NCBI GenBank assembly: GCA_963754945.1
Contig: CAVWIG010000003.1
Location: 1-17,492, forward strand
DNA from: Methanotrichaceae archaeon
Lineage (GTDB): Archaea > Halobacteriota > Methanosarcinia > Methanotrichales > Methanotrichaceae
DNA length: 17,492 nucleotides
Direction: 5' to 3'
Of this stretch, positions 7,824 through 15,050 are shown piece by piece. The notes below the pieces were generated by a model. It saw only the letters and a list, made by a program, of their open reading frames with translations, did no database searches and was not told the origin of the DNA. The stretch's first letter is position 1, and each line of letters starts with the position of its first letter. The position numbers were made by a program, and so were the translations under genes.

Positions 7824-9410
7824 ATGAAGAAGCACAGTTTAGAGTTGCCATTGAGTTCATTATTTGATGGAATTTACAGTGTGTTGGATGACATCCCCAA
7901 TTTCAAGATGCTGATTGGGGGGAAGTGGATAGGCGCAGAGGGAGTGTCACAATTTGACGTCCACACGCCCATCGATGGAAGCCTAATAGCCAGAGCCCAG
8001 ATGGCGTCCTCGATGGATGTGGACAGCGCCATTACCGCGGCTCAAGAAAACAGGGGTATAAGGGAACTCCCAGGGATCGAGCGCATAGACATCTTCAACT
8101 GCGCAGCCGGATTGCTGGAGCAGCACAAAGACGAGTTTGCCAGGGTCTTACAGCTTGAGGCGGGAAAGAGCATGAGGGATGCCACAAGCGAAGTTGAGGC
8201 AACCGTCCACAGGCTAAAGCTGACCATGGAAGAGGCCAAGAGGATCTTTGGCGAGTACGTTCCCGGTGACTGGTCTCACGATGCCGTGGGAAAGATGGCC
8301 CTAGTCATCCGCGAGCCCATCGGGGTTGTGGCTGTGATCTCTCCTTTCAACTATCCACTGTACATAGCCTCAACAAAAATGATCCCTGCACTCCTGGCGG
8401 GCAACTGTGTCGTTGTCAAGCCATCCAGTTCCAATCCCATCTCAGCTTTTCTATTGGTCAGAGTACTGGAGGCCTCCGGGGTGCCGAAGGGCAGTCTGAA
8501 CATTGTGACCGGCAAGGGCGAGGAGACGGGAGACGCTCTTGTCCAACACGTTGGGGTAGGGATGATCAACTTCACTGGAAGCACGCCGGTCGGAAAGCGA
8601 ATCTCCCGGATGGCCGGCATGAAGAAACTCCACCTGGAGCTCGGCGGGAAAGGTTATGCACTGGTGCTTGAGGACGCTGATCTAGACCTGGCTGCCAAGA
8701 AGTGCGTCTTTGGGTCTCTCAAGTTCTCCGGTCAGAGATGCGACGCTATAAGCGCTGTTCTAGCTGTCGAGGCAATAGCCGATGACCTCTGTGATAAGAT
8801 AGTACACGAGGTGGATCAATGGAAGTTCGGGGACCCCAGGGATGAGTCGGTGATGGCAGGGCCTGTGATTAATCCAGCGGCTGCGGAGAGAATTCACGGA
8901 ATGGTGATGGATGCGGTCGATAAAGGAGCCAAGCTACTTCGTGGCGGCAAGTTCCACGGCTCTTACTACGAACCAACGGTCCTAGATTATGTGCCTGATT
9001 CCTCAGTTATAGCTCATGAGGAAACTTTCGGGCCTGTCGTGACCATACTGAGACCAAAAGACGAGGACGAAGCCCTGGAGATAGCCCGGGCGTCGAAGTA
9101 CGGCCTGGAGTCTTGCGTCTTTACTAGGGACTTCTACCGAATGTGGCGAGTTGCAAAACGACTGGAGTGCGGTGAAGTTACCATAAACGACTATCCTGCT
9201 CACGGAGTTGGCTATTTCCCCTTCGGAGGAATCAAGGACTCAGGTATGGGCAGGGAGGGCATAGGCTACAGCATAGACGAGATGACCAACATTAAGACTA
9301 TAGTGTTCAACCTTGAGGCTGGCGGGCTTGGGAAGAAGGAACAGGCTGCTGCAGCGTGTAAGACGAGAGGCCTGAGAAAGGCCCGTTCCGAGCCTGAGAA
9401 CGGGAAGTGA
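7824..9410 (+). CDS. gapN: Aldehyde dehydrogenase, probably non-phosphorylating glyceraldehyde-3-phosphate dehydrogenase (archaeal GAPN type)
   Basis: ISPFNYP, FTGST, LELGGK, catalytic GQRCDAI, EETFGP and HGVGYFPFGGIKDSGMGREGIGYSI...KTIVFN, as in archaeal GAPN. GAGGTG RBS precedes ATG 7824. The ALDH assignment is secure; the substrate is inferred. Confidence 0.75.
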   Translation: MKKHSLELPLSSLFDGIYSVLDDIPNFKMLIGGKWIGAEGVSQFDVHTPIDGSLIARAQMASSMDVDSAITAAQENRGIRELPGIERIDIFNCAAGLLEQHKDEFARVLQLEAGKSMRDATSEVEATVHRLKLTMEEAKRIFGEYVPGDWSHDAVGKMALVIREPIGVVAVISPFNYPLYIASTKMIPALLAGNCVVVKPSSSNPISAFLLVRVLEASGVPKGSLNIVTGKGEETGDALVQHVGVGMINFTGSTPVGKRISRMAGMKKLHLELGGKGYALVLEDADLDLAAKKCVFGSLKFSGQRCDAISAVLAVEAIADDLCDKIVHEVDQWKFGDPRDESVMAGPVINPAAAERIHGMVMDAVDKGAKLLRGGKFHGSYYEPTVLDYVPDSSVIAHEETFGPVVTILRPKDEDEALEIARASKYGLESCVFTRDFYRMWRVAKRLECGEVTINDYPAHGVGYFPFGGIKDSGMGREGIGYSIDEMTNIKTIVFNLEAGGLGKKEQAAAACKTRGLRKARSEPENGK

Positions 9411-9419
9411 TACATCTCT

Positions 9420-10787
9420 TCAATTTGATATCGGGCACTTGATCGACTTCCAACCAGACATTCCGCCGAGTATTACCGCCAGGTCCTTCCATCCGTTTCG
9501 CTGAAGAAAGCTGGCTGCGATCATAGAACGCAAGCCACTGCCGCAGAAGACGTAAACCGGGGAGTCTTTTGGGACCATCTTAAAGCGTTTCGGAACCTGA
9601 GTAACGTGGATGTGCTCTGAACCGGAGATATGCCCATCTCTTCTGAGTTCCTCGTCACTCCTGACGTCCAAAATTTGTGCTGGCTCAATCTCCTTATTAT
9701 CCAGCTGGCGGCAGAGTTCCTGAACGGTCAGGGTTTTTATGGAGGAACTGTCACGCCCTGACATGTGCCAGCTCAGCATCCCACCGGTCAAGAATCCTGC
9801 AATGTTGTCATACCCTTCCCGGATTAGAATTCTGGTAGCGATCTCGGTATCATTCGCCCCCGTCACAAGCAAAATAGGCTTTTCGTAGGGAATGTACCAG
9901 CCAACAAAGCTGGCCAAGCCATCCATCCAGATCGATTGAGCCCCTGGAACATGAGCCGCTCCAAAGTCCAGCTCCATCCTGGTGTCCAGCACGAAAGCAT
10001 TCTTGGCCATCGCTTCGAAATCCTTGGAAGACAGCGGTTTGGGGTCTGGCAGGCGTGCCAGGTTTGCACCTTCGAGGTTGAGCTTCTCCATGTGCGTGAA
10101 GTAAGGAGGTCTTTCGGGCTGGCTTTTCAGAAGGTCGGCAATGAACTCATCTTGATCTATGTGTTGGAGTCGTGGGTTGTGCAGCCGTTCCAGGCCAATG
10201 GTGGTCCACAGCCTCTCGGCTATGGACTCTCCGCAGACCGAACCTGCCCCGTGAGCAGGACAGACCAATACCTGATCGCCTAAAGGCAGCAGGCTGTGAA
10301 AGATGCTATCGTACAGGAGCCCGGCCATCTCCGGAGCTTTGTTTTTGCCCATCAGATCAACGCGCCCCACCTCGCCTGCGAAGAGGACATCCCCAGTAAA
10401 GACAACCCAGGGCAGGCCGCCGGGATCACGAAGCAAGTAGCTCATCGAGCCGGGAGTGTGGCCTGGCGTATGAATGGCCTCTATCTCCAGGCGGGCTATC
10501 TTCCACTTCTGCCCTTCCTCAACGGCCAGGCCATACCTGTAATCCCACTGGCCGTCTGCATGCCAGACCTGCGCTCCAGTCCGGTTGGCCAGCTCGGCTG
10601 AACCGACCAAGTAGTCCTCGTTCCGGTGGGTTTCCAGGATATGGGTGATCCTCATGCCCTCAGATGAAGCCCGCTCAACGTAGACTTCGCAGTCCAGCCT
10701 TGGATCTATGACTACAACTTCGAACTTGTCGCCCACCAAGTAGGAGTAATGGGCCAAGCCCTTGGACACAATCCTCTCGAAGAGCAC
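9420..10787 (-). CDS. MBL-fold metallo-hydrolase fused to two rhodanese domains (persulfide dioxygenase/CstB-like architecture)
   Basis: ETHRNEDY, HTPGHTPGS, FTGDVLFAGEVGRVDL and PAHGAGSVCG. The first rhodanese domain has no catalytic Cys; the second has CGSGLRS. GTG start with AGGAGGT RBS. Confidence 0.92.
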   Translation of the reverse strand: MLFERIVSKGLAHYSYLVGDKFEVVVIDPRLDCEVYVERASSEGMRITHILETHRNEDYLVGSAELANRTGAQVWHADGQWDYRYGLAVEEGQKWKIARLEIEAIHTPGHTPGSMSYLLRDPGGLPWVVFTGDVLFAGEVGRVDLMGKNKAPEMAGLLYDSIFHSLLPLGDQVLVCPAHGAGSVCGESIAERLWTTIGLERLHNPRLQHIDQDEFIADLLKSQPERPPYFTHMEKLNLEGANLARLPDPKPLSSKDFEAMAKNAFVLDTRMELDFGAAHVPGAQSIWMDGLASFVGWYIPYEKPILLVTGANDTEIATRILIREGYDNIAGFLTGGMLSWHMSGRDSSSIKTLTVQELCRQLDNKEIEPAQILDVRSDEELRRDGHISGSEHIHVTQVPKRFKMVPKDSPVYVFCGSGLRSMIAASFLQRNGWKDLAVILGGMSGWKSIKCPISN

Positions 10788-10809
10788 GGATGGACCTCCT
10801 GATGAAGAT

Positions 10810-11697
10810 TCAAAACGGCTTAGAGCCCGTCACCGTGGGATTCTCCGGGTGAGATGCCCATTCGGTGAAAGATCCTTCGAAGATCTTGATCCTGTCATGA
10901 CCGAAGTACCACTTCAGGATGCAGAACTCGTTGGTGGCCTCCCGGCCGGTGCCGCAATAGATGAGCAGCGTCTTGTCCGGAGTTATCTCGAATTTGCCCA
11001 CGATCTCATTCAGCTCCTCATCGCTCTTCAGAAGCCTGGCGTTGTCCTTTGTCATCAGGCTTCTCCAGGGGAGGCTGAAGGCTCCCGGGATGTGGCCGAG
11101 CTTGGGCCACAGATCGCCCTGCTCATAGATTTCTGCAGGCCTGGCATCGAAGACTATGACATCCTCCCTGTCTTTCATCGCCTTGAACTCGTCGTAGGTG
11201 ACGAAGTAGTCCTTCTGGATCTCGACATTGAAATCGGACTCCTTGCACTCCGGATAGACCTTGGTCAGCTCTCGGCCTTCCGCCTTCCAATTCTCTATGC
11301 CGCCGTCGAGGATGTAGAGCTTGTTGTGGCCAAACCGAGCAAGGGAGTAGGCCATCATCGGCTGCTCAAGGCCGTCGCCCAAGCCCGCTGTGCATTTGCT
11401 GTAGCGCCCGGCTCCGGAGTAGATCACCGTGGGTTTATTCGGGTCCAGGCCGGTTCTGTCCAGGACCGGCTTTATCGATTCCGGAGGCACGTACATTGCC
11501 GGAAGCCCTTTCCAGGCTGATCTGAGGAGCCCCTCGTTGAGGTAGATTGAGTTTGGAATATGGCCCATGATGTAGTCGTGGATGTTGGGCTGGACGTCCA
11601 GGATCATGATGCCCTTGTCATCTATATGCTGAGCCAGCCACTCTGTGGAAACCCAACTAACCTTTCCATCGCCTGATGGATACGGATATGTCTTCAT
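10810..11697 (-). CDS. Tandem-domain rhodanese sulfurtransferase (thiosulfate/3-mercaptopyruvate type)
   Basis: WVSTEWL, GHIPNS, ILDGGIENW, DARP, GHIPGA, active-site loop YCGTGRE and FEGSFTEW. Confidence 0.93.
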   Translation of the reverse strand: MKTYPYPSGDGKVSWVSTEWLAQHIDDKGIMILDVQPNIHDYIMGHIPNSIYLNEGLLRSAWKGLPAMYVPPESIKPVLDRTGLDPNKPTVIYSGAGRYSKCTAGLGDGLEQPMMAYSLARFGHNKLYILDGGIENWKAEGRELTKVYPECKESDFNVEIQKDYFVTYDEFKAMKDREDVIVFDARPAEIYEQGDLWPKLGHIPGAFSLPWRSLMTKDNARLLKSDEELNEIVGKFEITPDKTLLIYCGTGREATNEFCILKWYFGHDRIKIFEGSFTEWASHPENPTVTGSKPF

Positions 11698-12005
11698 GGA
11701 TTTAATCTCCCAAGGATTCAGAGCTGCATGAATTACGCTAGAGAAAATGCAGGCATTAAGGGATTATTTAGGAACTTATGATTTATCTATTTAACGCGGA
11801 AGATGTTCTTGGAAAATATCAATTGTCACTGGGATTCTAGTGGCACATTGTTCCGCAATTGGACCATTTACCAGTCGGCTTTCCATGTTCCGCTCCAGGT
11901 GGATCCTTCCAGTTCCAGGTGACACAGGCATTCCGCGAGATGGCAGACCACCAAAAGCCTTTTCATCAGATTCATGAATACTAATGATCTATAATGAGGA
12001 ATTGT

Positions 12006-12314
12006 ATGAGGTCAACCTATATCCTGATCATGCTGGCTTTGCTGATGCCCCTGGCCCTCTCAGCGCCAGCATCGGACACGCATTCTGGAGGAGCGGCGAT
12101 CAATGTCCAAAGCCCGAGTTCAAAGAACGCACCGAATGAAGTAACTAAAGCTCCAGAGTATGTTTTTGTAGGCTCAATAAAATCCGATAAGTATCATTAC
12201 CCAAGCTGCAACGCAGCCAAAAAGATCAAGCCTGAGAATGAGATCTGGTTCACGAGCTCTGCGGATGCCCGAGCTCATGGCTACGTGCCCTGCGGGATCT
12301 GCAATCCACCGTGA
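12006..12314 (+). CDS. Small exported protein with an Ada-type metal-binding domain
   Basis: Signal peptide (MRSTYILIMLALLMPLALSA), a low-complexity linker, then FVGSIKSDKYHYPSC...IKPENEIWF...A...GYVPCGICNP. GAGGA precedes ATG 12006 (alternative start 11994). Confidence 0.85.
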   Translation: MRSTYILIMLALLMPLALSAPASDTHSGGAAINVQSPSSKNAPNEVTKAPEYVFVGSIKSDKYHYPSCNAAKKIKPENEIWFTSSADARAHGYVPCGICNPP

Positions 12315-12333
12315 ATATCTCTTTTTGGACAGC

Positions 12334-12377
12334 GTTCTATGATATTTCTGCAAGATTTCTAAAAATGTCCATAGAAC
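12334..12377. repeat. Imperfect inverted repeat (hairpin) downstream of the Ada-domain gene
   Basis: GTTCTATGATATTT (12334-12347) versus AAATGTCCATAGAAC (12363-12377; reverse complement GTTCTATGGACATTT). Confidence 0.6.
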
Positions 12378-12633
12378 CCCCCCTACAGTGCCAAGGCTGA
12401 ATGAAGGGCGACATCACTCATCGGCATCATCCTGCTCAGGCGAATCGCACATGGCCTCCTATGGCTCCTCAAAACCGTCCATGTCGAGAAGATCGGCCAG
12501 AGCTGATCGGTCCTAGATCTTAGAAATCCTTCTCATCGGATAATACTGACCTGGAGTAAGGAAGAGAGTCTATATCTTCAGTGCTTCTCATAGATAGGTA
12601 TATTGAATAAATACAGATTTAATTGGAGAGAAT

Positions 12634-13374
12634 TTGGTGGCAGAACATTCTAGGGGAGGGCGTTGGGTCATAAATTTGGATGACAGAGACGCTGGTTATC
12701 ATCTATTTCGTTTAGGACTCAATCAAGATACTCAATTGATAATGAGATACTTCACATATCTCTTATTTGAAGAGACGGCAAATTTAGGCACAAACGAATT
12801 CTCAGAAAGACACCAGGACATCAAGGATGGGATTTTGTCCATAATGAACAGTAGATATGATACCGGATCAAGGCAACTTGGGCCTGTTATTGAAGGAATT
12901 ATAAGAAAATCCCTATTAAATGATGGATGTGTGGATAATAGTACCCCGTATCCAAATTGGACCGGTAATTTTCACGAGCATCCAAACCCTAGGAATTTTT
13001 ACCAATTCCTCGAAGGCGCTCTAGCCGATCCAAGATCGCGAATTGGTCGAACAATGGACTATCCTCCTGACGAGGAAATTTACTATATCAGTGAAATGAT
13101 TAGAAATCCGCTTTCCCATGGCGTTCAGACAGCTGCAAACCTAGAAGATTTCATAGTGTTATTTTTTGTTCTGATTCTTCTATATCACGACCTAGTAAAT
13201 CCTCATAATTATCCTGGGGATGATAAATATCTCAAGTGGGTAAATAAAACGAGTCGAACGTTAAGGTTAGGCGGAAAAGAAGCAAATCTAGATACACTTA
13301 AGGCTGTGGCTACTGAGCAAGGGCTTGATTTGGTTAAGGTCGAAGCTGGCTACAATCAAACGAGGGCTAGATAA
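12634..13374 (+). CDS. Hypothetical protein with a HEPN-like RxxxxH motif (DUF4209-like pattern); putative RNase
   Basis: 246 aa, largely helical-looking. IKDGILSIMNSRY...LGPVIEGIIRKSL is followed by MIRNPLSHG (13102-13119 = RNPLSH) and a hydrophobic helix. GGAGAG precedes the TTG/GTG start. Confidence 0.6.
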   Translation: MVAEHSRGGRWVINLDDRDAGYHLFRLGLNQDTQLIMRYFTYLLFEETANLGTNEFSERHQDIKDGILSIMNSRYDTGSRQLGPVIEGIIRKSLLNDGCVDNSTPYPNWTGNFHEHPNPRNFYQFLEGALADPRSRIGRTMDYPPDEEIYYISEMIRNPLSHGVQTAANLEDFIVLFFVLILLYHDLVNPHNYPGDDKYLKWVNKTSRTLRLGGKEANLDTLKAVATEQGLDLVKVEAGYNQTRAR

Positions 13375-13449
13375 TTCCTTTCCAAGCCAGTCACAGACTA
13401 ACCTAGATTTTAAGCAATTTTTGTAGTGAAGCTGATTATATGAATTCAA

Positions 13450-14214
13450 ATGAGTGAGATCTTGAAGTTCATCCGAAGAGAAATAGACCCAAATAGCTTC
13501 CCAAAGGACCCCTCGAAAGGAGTGCCGGGAATTTTTTACCATCATATAGATTTAAAAGATAAGTTTGGCTGGTTTCCCGTACAACAGCTTGCAGATGCTG
13601 GAATGATTCAAACGCCTGATTATGTAGCATCTTGGGACCCTGGTTTCGCCGCAACTACCCCTAGTATACATGAAATTGGAATTGATGATCTGAGATCTGG
13701 TGCAATCAAACTCGGTGGAGTAACTCCCACTGCTGGCGATTTCATCTGTCGTGCTAGTGATATACGAAACGGGTCTTTGAAGATAAGTGAAGAAGAGAAG
13801 GCCGTTATATTCAAGAGATGCGATATAGAACTAGAATTCGAGGAAGGCAGAAGAAAGTATGCCTCCCAGGCAGCCAGTAGATTAAATTGCCTTTATGTGC
13901 TCGATAACCGGAGAAATATCGAAGTCATGTTTGGTAGAAAACCTGATCGCCTCGTATTGAGAGTCAAGATTGCAGAAGCACTTAGGTTTACAAAGGCAGA
14001 TTTCAGATGGTACAATACCTATTGGAAAATTCGGCAGAGCGAAGAACCGCAGATTACCGAGATGGAGAATTGCATAAGGAATTATTGGCTGTCCTATCCC
14101 TTTGAAAAGGGATCCAACACATGGGAATATCTTGTCGATGGATTGTTAAAATTGTATGATTCAAAGGATATAGAGTCGATTCGCAAGTGCAAGAGGGAAT
14201 ATTTCCCCGACTAG
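13450..14214 (+). CDS. DUF2441-like protein, putative ADP-ribosyltransferase fold
   Basis: ELEFEEGRRKY...ASRLNCLYV ... KADFRW ... RNYW ... WEYLVDG matches my recollection of the DUF2441 pattern (E..R....PSRL.c.f ... YW ... E.L..G). N-terminal FYHH strand. Confidence 0.65.
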   Translation: MSEILKFIRREIDPNSFPKDPSKGVPGIFYHHIDLKDKFGWFPVQQLADAGMIQTPDYVASWDPGFAATTPSIHEIGIDDLRSGAIKLGGVTPTAGDFICRASDIRNGSLKISEEEKAVIFKRCDIELEFEEGRRKYASQAASRLNCLYVLDNRRNIEVMFGRKPDRLVLRVKIAEALRFTKADFRWYNTYWKIRQSEEPQITEMENCIRNYWLSYPFEKGSNTWEYLVDGLLKLYDSKDIESIRKCKREYFPD

Positions 14215-14280
14215 ATCAGATTTGGTGGCTAAACACTGGTGGCAGTTCTGTCGGAAGGGATGACTGAAAAGCTGAAAACC

Positions 14281-14294
14281 GCAAAACCTATATA
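14281..14294 (+). promoter_or_regulatory. Putative BRE/TATA promoter of the NYN gene
   Basis: GCAAAACC-TATATA, predicting a transcription start near 14317-14322. Confidence 0.5.
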
Positions 14295-14328
14295 GTTATG
14301 TAACTCTCTTTAGTAGCTATAATGCTCC

Positions 14329-14352
14329 CTACCGTCCCTCCGGGGACGGTAG
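14329..14352 (+). promoter_or_regulatory. Perfect 10-bp stem-loop at the 5' end of the NYN transcript
   Basis: CTACCGTCCC-TCCG-GGGACGGTAG, extendable by ATGC (14322-14325)/GCAT (14354-14357). Confidence 0.7.
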
Positions 14353-14366
14353 TGCATAATTCAAAG

Positions 14367-14927
14367 ATGATCTTCTTGAGTAAAGCTGCAGTTTTCATCG
14401 ATGGTGGCTTCTTTGGCAAGGTCCTTGATGACTTGGGTCATCCGCGAATTGATTACGCAAAATTCTCAGATAACCTTTGCGGTGATGATCATGAGCGGTT
14501 AAGAACGTACTATTATGATTGTTACCCGTATCAAAGCGACCCTCCGACTTTAGCTGAGCGTGAGAGGTATTCAAAAAAATCAAAGTGGTTCGATAAATTA
14601 TTACTCTTACCTAGGTTTGAAGTGAGAACTGGGAAACTTGCCCGAAGAGATGGCGGCTTCCAGCAAAAAGGGGTCGACGTTCTCTTTTCGGTTGATATCG
14701 TTCGAATGAGTTGGGCTAAACAGATAGATAGAGCAATTATTATAACAGGGGATAGTGATTTTATTCCTGCTGTAAATGCAGCGAAAGAGACGGCCGTTAT
14801 TGTCGAATTATATTATTATATAAGCCCGGGCGATGGCCCATCCACCCACCAAGAACTAATTAAAGCTGTAGATGAGCGTTCAGAGATTAATCAAGAACTC
14901 ATCAATAAGTCGCTCCTCTTCATATAA
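14367..14927 (+). CDS. NYN domain (LabA/DUF88, PIN-like) ribonuclease
   Basis: AVFIDGGFF, LRTYYYDC, QQKGVDVLFSVDIV and ITGDSDFIPAV retain the acidic catalytic residues. The start could be 14322, 14367 or TTG 14376. Confidence 0.92.
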   Translation: MIFLSKAAVFIDGGFFGKVLDDLGHPRIDYAKFSDNLCGDDHERLRTYYYDCYPYQSDPPTLAERERYSKKSKWFDKLLLLPRFEVRTGKLARRDGGFQQKGVDVLFSVDIVRMSWAKQIDRAIIITGDSDFIPAVNAAKETAVIVELYYYISPGDGPSTHQELIKAVDERSEINQELINKSLLFI

Positions 14928-15050
14928 TAATTGTTCAATGGTAGTTCTTGTACGGAACATTGGCACGATTGGACATAAATCGAGCAACATTGTTCTGCGG
15001 AGAGAAGAGTAATGGAAAAAAGAAGGCTTCAAAATTCTGCTCGATGCTCT

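Noticed and set aside
10762-11520. 252-aa + strand ORF
   Set aside because: Antisense shadow of the well-supported sulfurtransferase gene, with no motifs.
12632-14235. Direct repeat ATTTGGTGGCnnAACA (12632-12647 and 14220-14235) bracketing the HEPN-like and DUF2441-like genes
   Set aside because: The position is suggestive of a cassette boundary, but 14/16 matches are expected many times by chance in 17 kb and no recombinase is present.
11845-14998. ACATTGTTCYGC at 11845-11856 and 14987-14998 flanking the accessory block
   Set aside because: An 11/12 match is not statistically meaningful, and there is no tRNA or integrase to support att sites.
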